A stretch of 63,179 nt of DNA, filler included, from Phoronis australis (Eukaryota; Animalia; Phoronida), in the NCBI GenBank assembly GCA_002633005.1. It is 6 parts of 6 records of this genome, joined end to end, with 100 filler letters (N's around TTAATTAATTAA, not from the genome) between each part and the next. Parts side by side here need not be neighbours in the genome. Positions count along the whole stretch, not along the records: positions 1 to 13,057 come from NMRA01000682.1; positions 13,158 to 25,041 come from NMRA01001673.1; 4 more parts are not named here. One strand, given 5' to 3'. The position numbers and the translations under genes are program-made. Below the pieces are notes generated by a model, which had not been told where the DNA came from, ran no database searches, and saw only the letters and a list, made by a program, of their open reading frames with translations. The first letter of the stretch is position 1, and the number at the start of each line of letters is the position of its first letter. Positions 1-13,470 of this stretch are shown in pieces.

Positions 1-760
1 ACCCATAGACTGCTTCAATGACTTGTTCGACGCATCAATTGCTAACAAACTATCATCAGCGAATTTCACACTTTTTTGTTCCTCGACTCCAATTTGTATT
101 CCCTTTATATTCTTTTTATTCTGAAACATGTTTGTCATAATGTCCACGCATAAAATAAACAGATAATGACTTAGGGGATCCCCTTGGCTACGTAAGCGAC
201 CAATAGGAAAATATTCAGATGCGGAACCGTGTTATATAATACACTATCGAGCGAAATTGTCCAGGAAACGAATCCAATCGATGAAATTTGGATTGAAATT
301 AAAGTAAGACAAAACATTTTAGATAAATTTCCATGATAAAGAATCGAAAGCTTTTTCAAATCACCAATTACTAAGTAGTCCTGGAATATTTCCTTATGTA
401 TATTGCATCAGATCGTAAATTATTCTTGTATTCTCACCTGTAAATCGACCTTTTATAAAATCGGTTTGATTTTACAAATCAATAAACCAATAACGCGCTT
501 GATACGTTGTGCAGTACGACCCGTGAGTATCTTGTAGGTTGTGTTGAGAAATAAGATAGATAGCCACTTAGTTATAAATTTTCTGGGTTTATATCCTTTT
601 GAAATTACAGTAATAACTCCTTGTTGTTGGTGTGCTGGTAAAACACCACGCATAAAACTATTGTTAACGGATCTTGCTAAAAAAACTGAGAGCCTTCCAA
701 AAGAACTTGAAGAACTCAACGGAAAACCAATCTGAACCTGCCGCTTTATTATTTTTCATA
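1..760 (-). mobile_element. Decayed non-LTR retrotransposon (Tx1/L1-like) ORF2 reverse transcriptase fragment
   Basis: Minus-strand translation across frameshifts gives RT motifs in order: KAAGSD, GVITVISKG, LNTTYKILT, NQTDFI..GRFTGENTRIIYDLM, KAFDSLSWKF, SQGDPLS, KFADD. Several stops and frameshifts. Confidence 0.85.
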
Positions 761-2219
761 TCCTTGAGTGTAGATTAGGCGTCAGTTACTGTGATACAAG
801 CATTTCACGTTTTGTATAATCATTTTCGGGATAACGAAATGAGAGAAAGAAGTTGTTGGAGATCAACGTCATTAGTACTAAGACAAATAATTTTGGATGA
901 ATATCTGACTAAATTCTTCACAGAAGCTGTGTCTTTTCCTGTAAGAATCTGTTGAATCATTGAAACTTTATGCTGGTTTAATTGGTTATTTCTAGAACTG
1001 TACTTTTATTTCCGTTTTGTTACAATGAGAGCCTAAATCAATTGGCATTGCGAAATAATTAATTGACTAACTAGTAAACTAATCATCGAATTAGTGCATG
1101 AATGGTTTCATTCTTTTACGCATTTATTTGTAATACTCTTGTTTTTTTGAGACCTCTCAGGTATGTAAAATTGTAATTTTTCAAAAAGTAATACACATTA
1201 TTTATGTTTTGCGTCAGTAACAACCTTACGTTATAGCTAATGAAGAGATTTCTAAGGACGACACTCTTATGCAATTCGACTAAAACGGCGTAGTTGAGAA
1301 CAGTTTTATGAACAGTAAAGAAGGGGACACATCCTCTTGTGTTACAATATATTATTTTTTTTAACCTACAGGTAGGTATACAATTTTGGTGTCGCACTAG
1401 AGCTTGGAAGGTGGTTGATCATCAGGGGATTTCTTAAGGTAACTGTAAACTTTAGATGTTCTTGCAATACATGTACGTCTAGATGAATAGCAGCTACATG
1501 TAGTTAGCGGCAGTAAGCACGGGTTTCTCCCCCTATTGTAAGCAGACAATCCTCCGTTTGACAGTGTTTGAGGCCATAAGAACTCAAATTGACCAGTAAA
1601 TATAGATGGAAATTGTCATAACAGTTCTAAACTTATTTCGTTTGTACTTAACAAACAGTCCATCACTAGCTTCATGTGCAGTTCAGGAAAGACGCGGGAA
1701 AGACGAAAGCAAGCAGGAGCCACGCATGCGCGGCGCGGAATTCCATGTCTATAGTTCTATGGTGAGACTGATGAAGTGAAATACATGCACACTGTTTTTC
1801 ATAAATGTACAGTATTTTGGCCACCTACTACGACACTGGTGGCAAATGGAGTCTTGTAGCTTTTCCGCAGAAAGTTCAAAAGTTTTGAGATATCCTCAAT
1901 ACAATGCCATTCATCAATAAAATGCCTAATTTAGTCCTATTAATAAACGGAAAAAAATATTTGTGGACAGCTTCTTCATTTTTATAAAAAATGACCGAAA
2001 CTATTGTGGCAAGGGCAGTTCGAAAAACTGAAATGGCAGAGGGAATGGGTAATGGCTAGAGTAAAAACGTTATAACTTCGAGCCGCAAATTGAAGCAAAT
2101 GGACAGGAGTTGAACTCTTCGTACAAAAATTTGTTTAACATGAATTGATCAATTTAATTAGGAAAACCCCGGAACATTCATCGGACCACATCAATTTCTC
2201 ATGTTGAATGGTAACACTT

Positions 2220-5200
2220 TAAAATTGTTGGAGAAATTACATATTAATTTTTTGATGACGTTTCCACTAATTGACCTCTTCCGATGCATTATGAGCCCCG
2301 ATGATCGAGTAATTGTTAACTCGATTAAAACTGTGGTTAATGCTAAAAATCACAGATGTTTTACTTTAAGCACTTCAGAATACAAGATCAATGAATTGGT
2401 CAAACTTTCAGAAGAAAAGTGCACCTAATGACCCCATGGGTGCACCAAATGACCTGAAAATTTAGAATTCAAACTCAATCGCACTTAGTAAACAGACATG
2501 TAACTTTGAAGTCTCTAGCTGAAAATTTTAGTTTGCACTCAATGACCATTGACCTATCTTTTCTGATTGGTTAGGCCTATTGCGAAGTAAGTAGGGTATT
2601 CGAATGACGTGTTGACTTACACCAGTGTGCTGAAATTGAAAAGTATTCCTTGAAAAACGTAAGAGATATAACATTTTGAACGTTACATGACCTTTGCACT
2701 AATTGACCCTATCCGGTGCATTATAAGCGTCTTGATGAGAATTATTGCAAAGCGAATAAAAATGTGTTTAATGCTGAGAATCAAAGTTGTCTAACAGTTG
2801 ACACATCAGAATACTTGCTAATTGAAAAGGTCAAATTTTCAGAAGAAAAATGCACCTAATGACCCCATGTTTGCACTAATTGACCTGAAACTTTGGATTT
2901 CAAATTGAATTACCTGTGCCAATCAGACCTGTCAATTTGAAGTGTCTAGCTCAAAATTTTAGTTTGCACCTAATGACCTTTGACCTATTTTACCTGATTG
3001 GATGACCCGATTACTTAGAAAAGTAATTTTTAAATTGCCTTAATGACTGATACCTGTTCACCGAATTTGAAAATAATAGCTTTAAGAATGAAGAAGTAGC
3101 ATTTTGAAAATTACATGACTTTTGCACCTAATGACCTCTTCCGGTGCAAAATGGAATATGATTATATAACGAATCATAATTTATGTACTGCCAAAAGTCA
3201 CATGCAGAATTTAAAGAACATAGCTGCACCCATTTTGGAGTTATTAAGCCTCTAAGTTGGTCGGAAGAAGAATAAGATAAAGAATAAGAATAAGAACTAA
3301 AAAGATTATTGTCACGGCGTGACAATAACGGACTCTGCGCGTGCGTATTACTGGAATTATTATGTGAAGTTAAAGACAGCAACCCGTTTACCAATATGAA
3401 AAGGAATTGTTTAAAATTATAGGAGAAATTACATATTAATTTTTTGATGAAATTTCCACTAATTGACCTCTTGTGGTGCATTAGGAGCCCCGATGAGAGA
3501 GTAATTGTTAACTCTATTAAAAGTGTGGTTAATGCTACTAATCATAGATGTTTTACTTTAAGCACTTCAGAATACCAGATGAATGAATTGGTCAAACTTC
3601 CGGGAGAAAAATGCACCTAATGACCCCATGGGTGCACCAAGTGACCTAAAAATTTAGAATTCAAACTCAATCGCATTTAGTAAACAGATACGTAATTCTG
3701 AAGTCTCTAGCTCAAAATTTTAGTTTGCAATCAATGACCTTTGACCTATTTTTTCTGATAGGTTAGACCTATTGCAAAGTAAAGTAGGATATTCAATTGG
3801 CATGTTGACTTACACCAGTGTGCTGAAATTGAAAAGAATTCCGTGAAAAACGTAAGACATATAACATTTTGAACGTTACATGACCTTTGCACTAATTGAC
3901 CTTATCCGGTACATTTTAAGCATCTTTAGGAGAATTATTGCAAAGCCCATCGATAATGTGTTTAACGCTGAGAATCACAGTTGTCTAACGGTTGACACAT
4001 CAGAAAACTTGCTGATTGAAAAGGTCAAAATTTCAGAAGAAAAATGCACCTAATGACCCAATGTTTGCACTAAATGACCTGAAACTTTGAATTCCGATTT
4101 GATTTACCAGTGGCAATCAGACCTGTCAATTTGAAGTGTCTAGCTTAAAATTTTAGTTTGCACCTAATGACCTTTGACCTATTTCACCTGATTGGATGAC
4201 CAGATTACTTAGAAAAGTAATTTTTTAAATTGTCATGTTGACTTATACCTGTGCACCGAATTTGAAAAAATAGCTTTAAAACTAAAGGAGGAGTAGCATT
4301 TTGAAAATTATACGACCTTTGCACCAAACGACCTCTTCCGGTGCAATATGGAATATGATTATATAACCAATCAAAATTTAAATATTGCCAAAAGTCATAT
4401 ACTAAATTTAAAGACCGTACCTGCACCCAATTCGGAGTTATTAAGCCTCAAATTTGGTCGGAAGAAGAATAAGAAGAAGTATAAGAAGAATAAGAAGAAT
4501 AAGAATAGTATGGAAGAAAACCCAGGAACAACAGTACTCTGCGCATACACGCGCAGAGTAACTAGAAAGATTATTGTCACGACGTGACAATAATGGACTC
4601 TGCGCGTGCGTATTACTGGGATTGTTATGGGAAGTTATTGACAGTAACCCGTTTACCAATATGAGAAGGAATTCTTTAAAATTGTAGGAGAAATTACATG
4701 TTAATGTTTTGATGAACTTTCCACTAATTGACCTCTTCTGGTGCATGATGAGCCCCGATGAGGGAAAAATTCTAAACTCAATTACAAGTGTGGTTGATGC
4801 TAAGAATCACAGAAGTTTTACATTAAACACTTCAGAAGACAAGATGAATGAGTTGATCAAACTTTCAGAAGAAAAATGCACATAATGACCCTATGGGTGC
4901 ACCAAATGGCCTGAAAATTTAGAATTCAAACTCAATCGCATTTAGTAAACAGATATGTAATTTTGAAGTCTGTAGCTCAACATTTTAGTTTGCACTCAAT
5001 GACCTTCGACCTATTTTTTCTGATTGGTTATTCCTATTGCGTAGTAAAGTAGGGTGTTCAATTGGCATGTTGACTTACAGCAGTGTGCTGAAATAAAAGA
5101 GAATTCCTTGAAAAATGTAGGAGATATAACACTTTAAACTTTAGAATATCTTTGCACTAATTGACCCTATCCAGTGCATTATAAGCATCTTTTAGAGAAT

Positions 5201-6050
5201 TATTGCAAAGCCCGTGAAAAGTGTGCTTAATGCTGAGAATCACAGTTGTTTAACTGTTGACACATCAGCATACTTAGTGAATGAAAAGGACCAATTTTCT
5301 GAAGAAAAATGTACCTAACGACCCCATGGTTGCACTAAATGACGTGAAACTTTGTATTTCGAATTGAATTAAACATACCAATCAGACTTGTGAATTTGAA
5401 GTGTCTACCTCAAAATTTTAGTTTGCACCTACTGACCTTTGAACTATTTCACCTGATTGGATGACCCGATTACTTAGAAAAGTAATTTTTTAAATTGTCA
5501 TGATGACTTATACCTGCGCACCGCATTTGAAAAAGATAGCTTAAAAACTAAAGGAGAAGTAGCATTTTGAAACTTACATGACCTTTGCACCAAATGACCT
5601 CTTCCGGTGCAATATGGATTATGATTATATAACAAATTAAAATTTATGTACTGCCAAAAATCACATGCGGAATTTAAAGAACATACCTGCACCCATTTTG
5701 GAGTTATTAAGCCTCAAAGTTGGTCGGAAGAAGAATAAGAAGAAGAATAAGAATAAGAATAAGAATAAAATTGAAGAAAACCGAGGAACAACAGTACACG
5801 CGCAGAGTAATAAAATTGAAGAAAACCCAGGAACAACTGTACAATATTCTGCGCTTACACGCGCAGAGTAATAAAATTGAAGAAAACCCAGGAACAACAG
5901 TACTATGCGCTTACACGCGCAGAGTAATAAAAATACAATTTAAGAAAACCCAGGAACAACAGTACTCTGTGCTTACACGCGCAGAGTAATAAAATTGAAG
6001 AAAACTCAGGAACAACAGTACTCTGCGTTTACACGCGCAGAGTAATAAGA
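2220..6050 (+). mobile_element. Head-to-tail array of ~1.26 kb Helentron/HINE-like non-autonomous units
   Basis: Units start near 3296 and 4561 with ACTA(G/A)AAAGATTATTGTCACGnCGTGACAATAA. Each has ~430-bp TGCACCTAATGACC-rich subrepeats and an (AAGAAT)n microsatellite. The complete unit ends in the hairpin ACTCTGCGCATACACGCGCAGAGT (~4536-4559). The family label is inferred from architecture. Confidence 0.7.
5765..6050 (+). repeat. Five tandem ~45-62 bp copies of the element's 3' terminal hairpin module
   Basis: TAAAATTGAAGAAAACCCAGGAACAACAGTACTCTGCGCTTACACGCGCAGAGTAA-like unit repeated 5 times with variants. Confidence 0.9.
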
Positions 6051-7580
6051 ACTAGAACGCAAATTCGTATGCGCACTTACAACTTTGCGCGAGGTGTAGG
6101 CACATGTAGAATATAGTATAGGCGCATTACATTGAATAGAAGTTGCATCTTGTGTGTAAAAGAGAGAGATGTCCCTGGTAACTACATGTATGAAAGAACC
6201 AAGAGTAAAAAGAGAGAAAACTGCACTTAATGACCCCACAGTTGGACCTAATGACCCTAAAATTTGTGAATGGATATCCTTTGCGAATGAAAATGATATA
6301 CATGATTATGTAAAGTCTAGCTCAGAAATCTTTTGCACTTACTGACCTTTCTTTGAGAAATTTGGTTCAGTTGATCAGATCGAAATTCCATGTAAGTTGT
6401 GGGTGCTCTTATATGGCACCAAGCTGTTCACGAAATTTAAAAGGCAATCTCAAAACTCGCAGAAGGAGAAGCACTTCAAAGAATTATAATGGTTGACCCT
6501 TTTGCGGTGATATAGTGCATTTTGGGTCATTAAACGTATTATCAATAGAATTTGATCGGCAATTGGTTGAACCACCATGAATTTGAACGCTCTTCCTTAT
6601 GCATCATTTAAGTACAAGCTGATTAAAAAGTCTTAAATTTTACACAAAACTGCACTTAATGACCCCAAAATTGCACCTAGTGACCTCAAAGTTTGTGACT
6701 AAACTTTCTTTATGAATGGTAAACATATGCATGATTATGAAACCCTAAGCTCAAAAATCACTATTGCACTTAATGACCTTTGACCCGGAAACTCGGTTCT
6801 TGTGATCCGATTGGAATTCCAAGTAAATTTGGTTTGCAGATCTCTAGTGCCTTCTTGCTATCAAAATTTGAAGAATCTGTCTTAAAACCTGTAGAAGGAG
6901 AAGCAATTCGACGGAATGCACTCCTTGGCAATTTTTGGGGCAATCCGGTGCATTTTGAGTCAAATCCATGGCATCAATAGAATTTGATCGGCAATTGGTT
7001 GAACCACCATGAATTCGATCGCTCTCACTAATGCATCAATTAAGTACAAGCTGATTGAAAAAGTCTTAAATTTAATTGAAAAGTGCACTTAGTGACCCCA
7101 AAGTTGCACCCAGTGACCCCAAAGTTTGTGACTGAACTTCCTTTATGAATGGTAATCATATGCATGATTATGAAAGATCTAGCTCAAAAATCACCTTTGC
7201 ACTTAATGACCTTTGACCCAGAAACTCGGCTACCTTGGTCCGATTTGAAATCCGTGTAAATTGCTGATGCACTTCTTTAGTCCCTACTTGTTAACAAACT
7301 TCGAAGAGTCTATCTAAAAAAACTCTAGAAGAAGCATTTTGAAAAAATGCACTGATTGACCCGTTTCAGGTCATCCTAGTGCTTTTAGGGTTGAAAAAAT
7401 ATTATCAATATAAATTCCTTAACTTTGTTATCAATAACAATGCCTATTATTGTTCTAAATGAATGCATGTAAGAGTAATAACAATATGAAAAGGAAGGAA
7501 GAATAAGAATAATAATAAGAATAAGAAGATAAAATACGTAGAACAGTAAAACTCTGCACTTGCACGCGCAGAGTAATAAA
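6051..7580 (+). mobile_element. Related but distinct HINE-like unit (second subfamily)
   Basis: Starts ACTAGAACG. Has ~430-bp TGCACTTAATGACC subrepeats and an AATAAG microsatellite, and ends with the hairpin ACTCTGCACTTGCACGCGCAGAGT. Confidence 0.65.
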
Positions 7581-7583
7581 TAG

Positions 7584-9210
7584 AGGTCGTTTGGTGCAAA
7601 GGTCATATAATTTTCAAAATGCTACTCCTCCTTCAGTTTTAAAGCTATTTTTTNAATTTTTGGGTCATTTGGTGCATCCATGGGGTCATTAGGTGCATTT
7701 TTCTTCTGAAAGTTTGACCAATTCATTCATGTTGTATTCTTAAGTGCTTAAAGCAAGACACCTGTGATTCTTAGCATTAACTATACTTTAAATTGGTTGT
7801 ACAATTATTCCCTCACTGGGGCTCATAATGCACCGGAAGAGGTCAGTTAGTGAAAAGGTCATCAAAACATTAACATGAAATTACTCCTACAATTTTAAAG
7901 AATTTCTTTTCATATTGGTAAACGGGGTTGCTGTCAGTAACTTCCCATAACAATTCCTTTAATACGCACGCGCAGAGTCCATTATTGTCACGCCGTGACA
8001 ATAATCTTTCTAGTTCTTATTCTTCTTATTCTTATTCTTCTTCCGACCAACTTTGAGGCCTAATAACTCCAAAATGGGTGCAGGTACAGTCTTTAAATTC
8101 AACATATGTCTTATGACAGTATATAAATTTTGATTGGTTATATAATCATATTCCATATTTCACCGGAAAAGGTCGTTTGGTGCAAAGGTCATATAATTTT
8201 CAAAATGCTACAACTCCTTTAGTTTTAAAGCTATCCATTTTAAATTCGGTGAACAGGTATAAGTCAACATGGCAATTTTAAAAATTACTTTACTAAGTAA
8301 TCGGGTCATCCAATCAGGTGAAATAGGTCTAAGGTCATTAGGTACAAACTGAAATTTTGAGCTAGACACTTCAAATTGGCAGGTCTGATTGCCACAGGTA
8401 AATCAAATTGGAATCCAAAGTTTCAGGTCATTTAGTGCAAACATGGGGTCATTAGGTGTATTTTTCTTCTGAAAATTTGACGTTTTCAATCAGCAAGTAT
8501 TCTGATGTGTCAACCGTTAGACAACTGTGATTCTCAGCGTTAAACACATTTTCCATGGGCTTTGCAATAATTCTCCTAAAGATGCTTAAAATGCACCGGA
8601 TAAGGTCAATTAGTGCAAAGGTCATGTAACGTTCAAAATGTTATATCTCCTACGTTTTTCAAGGAATTCTTTTCAATTTCGGCACTCTGATATAAGTCAA
8701 CATGGCAATTAAATACCCTACTTTACTTCGCAATAGGCCTAACCAATCAGAAAAAATAGGTCAAAGGTTATTGAGTGCAAACTAAAATTTTGAGCTAGAG
8801 ACTTCAGAATTACGTATCTGTTTACTAACTGCGATTGAGTATGAATTCTTAATTTTCAGGTCATTTGGTCCACCCATGGGGTCATTAGGTGCATTTTTCT
8901 TCTGAAAGTTTGACCACTTCATTCATCTTGTATTCTGAAGTGCTTAAAGTAAAACATCTGTGATTATTAGCATTAACCACACTTTTAATCGAGTTAACAA
9001 TTACTCCCTCATTGGGGCGCATAATGCACCGGAAGATGTCAATTAGTGGAAAGGTCATCAAAAAATTAATATGTAATTTCTCCTACAGTTTTAAAGAATT
9101 CCTATTCATATTGGTAAACGGGTTGCTGTCAGTAACTTCCCGTAATAATTCCAGTAATACGCACGCGCAGAGTCCGTTATTGTCACGCCGTGACAATAAT
9201 CTTTCTAGTT
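7584..9210 (-). mobile_element. Inverted copies of the 1.26 kb HINE-like unit
   Basis: Reverse complement of the 3296-5700 units. The start palindrome TTATTGTCACGCCGTGACAATAATCTTTCTAGT occurs at ~7982 and ~9177. A single N lies at 7654. Confidence 0.8.
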
Positions 9211-9564
9211 GTCATTACCATTATCACAACTGTTCTGACCACTTGGTCACCATCATCACCAACACTAACAACCAACAACTATTGTCACCAGTACAACCAC
9301 CACCACCAACAAAACGTTCTTCGCTATATCACAAATTAATTCTATGGAACTTACTTTTACAGTGTCGGAGAGAAGTTCAAATTTACGCAGTAAAGTCTCG
9401 AATAAACATTGGAATCGTCCTTGTGGTCTAGATTTTTTTTGGCGTCAAAACGCCTCCTAAGTGTGCGTAGTCTTGTTTCGTTCATTGCAACTCAGAACAG
9501 AAAACAGCAGATCAAACCAGGTACCACGAATGGTATTTCAAGGCAACAAAGAATAAAAACTGAA

Positions 9565-9579
9565 ACACACGCACACGCA

Positions 9580-9631
<52 letters not shown>
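9565..9631. repeat. (GCAC)n(CA)n compound microsatellite
   Basis: Directly visible. Confidence 0.95.
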
Positions 9632-9632
<1 letters not shown>

Positions 9633-12600
9633 TCCTCATGTGACAGGATGTTAGCAGAGGTACATTTATTGTTATTCTTATTTAGTTGTTGTTCATTTAT
9701 TCTTATGCTATTGTTTTTGTTTCGTATCAGTGCGCCTTTGTTACGAGGACATGCGGGCGTGACAGTGTGTTTCGGGCACTTCACTAGCGGCAGGCTTAGG
9801 AGAAGGGTGATTTCTTTCTTAACCTATATAAAATTGAGCGTTATCATGTGTAACTGAACTGAAACGTACTCGTGAAGAGGTGAAATACACATTTTTGGCG
9901 TTCACTGGAGACTTGCTCTGTTACACTCAATAGTCTAACTGTAAAAAGATCCACATTGAAGCGGCAATTGTAATGTAAAAGCTCGTTGAAGTATATTTTA
10001 AACAATTCCTGGCGAAAGTACCATTTCGCAACGTCTAGCACAGAGTATATCACTTGCCCTTGAGAGGGAATTTCCAGAAAAAATCACAAAAAACATGATT
10101 TTTGAATTACGGTAATTGTGCAAGAAAAACTGCAGTTACCACAGAGTTTCTAATGTCCCTCGCACTTATGATTAATGCGCGCATGCACTCACAGTTATTC
10201 GACAAACAGCTGACAGATGAAATGGACACTAACAGCAGATTATCACGTGTGATCGCACTTTGAATCTGAGGTTGACAACACCGTATGAGGCACGCCAATG
10301 AAGAAGGCAATTTTCAAAAAAATAATTGGAAGTACATTTTACAATATATTTGAATATTAAATGACCTTTATAACAAATTTTGAACAGTTAGGACATGCTT
10401 CTTAATCAGTCTGTCGATGCTTCAAGTTGGCCTTCTTTGTTTACAGTAAATTTCAAAGGTTACACCTTCCATATAAGGAAAGCGCGCTATTACATCTATA
10501 ATTTGCCATACCAATTAAGGAGATTTGCTTTGCCTTGTGGGAGAAAAAATTGGAACTAAAAGAAAAGTGCTTTGATATCAACAGAAAGTCAAAGTCTTTA
10601 CGAAAAAACCGCAAGAATGTCTGGTCAGCAGGTTGAATTCTGTTTCAGTGGCAGAGAAAACTGAATATTGCGATACACCTTACTCACGCGTGACCTAGGT
10701 CACGGTGAAAACGAGGCAAAAACGGCAAACAAAGATATCCACGTCGCGTTGCTGTGTACGAATATTGCTAGACACGACCCGAACAGCGAGTTATCTTTTT
10801 CAAATTTCCTACAAAGCAGCAGGAACGCACACGGTGGTTAATAAATATACATCGGAATGTGGGTAAATACTTTCATGTAGGTCTTGAAGAAAAACCGGCG
10901 TTGCGCGCTAATTTCGTGGGAAACGGCAAGGCAACTGCGAACAGTGCATGCTCTCTAAAATTGTAAAAAGTATGCAGACCATTTACATTACGATTACTTC
11001 ATAGTGTCCTGAAGTGCAAGAATTAAATATTGGAAACAGCGCACTCTAATTAAAGGAGCATGCCACCCAAAAACAACCTAATTTGTATCAATTTAGATCG
11101 AGTAGTTCTACTCCATAACGACACGTACGGTTGCGTTACCTGACACCTGACGGCAGACGGAGGTGTTGAAATTATCCAATAACGTCATCGGTTTCACACG
11201 CAGTCTGTTCAGCAGTAGTCACAACACGGGTTACTGGTGTCAGCTTATCGCTTGAAGTCATCGTTTTACACCAATAAATCATCAGACTTCGATGTAAAAC
11301 CCTTAAAAATACACCGAGTTCTTATAAAAACGTGTTGTTTTATTTTGCTCTTACGGATTTATTGGTATTTGGACACACCGTAGCCTACAAAGTTCGGCAG
11401 GCCAATAAGGTCCGAAGCATTTTCCGTGAGATACAAACAAAGAACCTAGATCTGTGTTGTTTAGACTTGTGATTTTTTGAGTTCTAAACACAAAACGCTT
11501 GTTGTCCTAGCCAGTGGCTTGGAGCCCGATCAGGCCCGTCGCGGCCAGTGGCTCGGATACTTTTCAGACATCACGAACATAAACCAGCCAAAGTTCAGTG
11601 GAAACTAAACTTCCAGTCAAGAAAATACTATACTAATGAGCCAAAGTAATGAGCACTTGATTATATTGGTGAATTAGCCACGAAACTGCAAATCTACTTA
11701 CTCGTCGAGGGGCGCGAATTCAGGTTCCGCTTTGGCCACAGCACCGTCAGGGCAGAAGTTGTATATTGACAATCATTATTTGAGTAATGTAAATGTAAAT
11801 AAAGATTCCCCTAACACCTGGCCGTGGGATGGAAATCGAGTTGTTTCACAACAGTTTCTGCCAGCAAACACTAAATTAGCATAAGCTCACACGGCCTCGA
11901 CATAACGCTAAACCCTCGTGAGAGACCGCCCCGAGTTGGCTGTTGGAGCAACTCGGGGCGGTCTGGGATCAAGCGGAAAAACCACAGGGTAAATCTGTGG
12001 TCGACGAATCTATTTGGTCGATTACATTTTATTGCCCGTGAAGCCGCTAAGGACTGCCTGAAGAAATATGACTCGCGCGTTTGTATTTTCCCCTTTTTCA
12101 ACGACATGTAAAAGATTCATCAACAAATTCCTCGTAAAATTCTGAAAACAAGCGTTTTTCTCCCACGAAAATCGATGAAGTTTTGGCCGAGATATTTCAC
12201 TTTCAGTCCAGGCTAGCCCTGCACACTCAGAGAATCGTCACACAGGATTACTACGCGGTAATGCGGTTTCACTGTCAACAAAGGAAGACGTCAAAATCGA
12301 CTTGTAATTGTCATTTTTAAACTACTTGCATGTTAAATTATCAAAATGTAAGTAAAATCGTACTCTATATTTTAACAAGAAAACAGCAATTTCATTTTGG
12401 TGAACATGTCTGTAAGGACCTAACTCGCGCATGGTGGTGAGTAGTGAGTCCGGCCAACACGTGAGGATGGCTGTGTTGTTGTTTTTGCTCTCAACTCAAA
12501 AGTAGCCGTTTCAAAATGGAAGATGGACAGAAAATGCAGGCAGTTGACGAAAACGGCCATTGGAAGGAAGCAATTGAGCGGGGAGTAAATGACAGCGCTG

Positions 12601-13057
12601 GGAATTCACGTCGGTTTTCCTGGATGGCCGTCTGAGTTTGACCAGCTCGTCGAGCCGTGATTCGTGAGAGGCTGAGCCGATCGACTACTTCGGGCTCGGT
12701 ACCTGGACCTGGTGAAGAAAAACGTAAGTATTTTTTGTCATCCCTTATGCTCGCATGATGCTGTTGGCTGTACAGATAAAGTATACCGTGTTTGCGTGGG
12801 ATTTTGTGTTCATGAAATTACAGACTATATACTTGTACCACATTTAAAGTCAGAGAAACATTGTTACTTAGTGAAAGATAAACGTCTGGGCGAATATACC
12901 ATGGTGCCTTCAATGTTGTGTTTGTTCTTTGTAAAGTAGATTTACTGTAACAAGTCCGATGTTGTCGGATTGAATTGGTATTCCGGGATTTTCAATGCCA
13001 GTGGCAGATCCAGAATTTTTGGAATGGTGTTCGCAAATGAAATAATGTCAAGCCATT

Positions 13058-13157
13058 NNNNNNNNNNNNNNNNNNNNNNNNNNNNNNNNNNNNNNNNNNN
13101 NTTAATTAATTAANNNNNNNNNNNNNNNNNNNNNNNNNNNNNNNNNNNNNNNNNNNN
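13058..13157. other. Artificial contig spacer (N44-TTAATTAATTAA-N44)
   Basis: Six-frame-stop linker inside Ns; it recurs five times in the window. Confidence 0.95.
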
Positions 13158-13470
13158 AATGTCGGAGTCAGAACCTCTTGTGACGATGTCGCCAGGTGTG
13201 GGCTTGTTCGCCTCAATTATATGAAGGATGACTCTGATGTTGGCTTCAAAGTAATTACAATTTAGAGATGGAACTGATTCTGTGCATACTTCTCCATCTT
13301 CAGCAAAGTACATGCACTCTCTCATCACTCCCCAATATATTTCAGTTCCATCTAGAAGTGGACTGTAGAAGTTGCTCAACCAATCCTTGGCGAGAAAGAA
13401 TAACTCTTGTTTGAACGACTCCCACTCGAGTTGTTTCGTGAACTAGGTCTCTTTTCTTTTCAGATCGTTT
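13158..13470 (-). mobile_element. DNA transposon fragment, XPG/PIN-like domain of Academ-type transposase (degenerate)
   Basis: SLNCNYFEANIRVILH...IVTRGSDSDI resembles the LxCxHEEADTRxxLH...SxDTDV motif. Family assigned from memory of that motif. Confidence 0.5.

Noticed and set aside
5765-6050. CRISPR-like appearance of short hairpin repeats
   Set aside because: No unique spacers, no cas genes, and a eukaryotic context; these are tandem copies of an element terminus.
2201-9431. Recurrent ORFs such as MHHKRSISG... and Lys/Asn-rich ORFs
   Set aside because: They are translations of the repeat unit and the AAGAAT microsatellite; frames are not preserved among copies.
11050-13057. Possible Kolobok-like element starting TTAA|AGGAGCATGCC, with an exon-like stretch near 12516-12723
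   Set aside because: No matching right end in this contig and no peptide I can assign; the similar end near 25014-25026 is on another contig.
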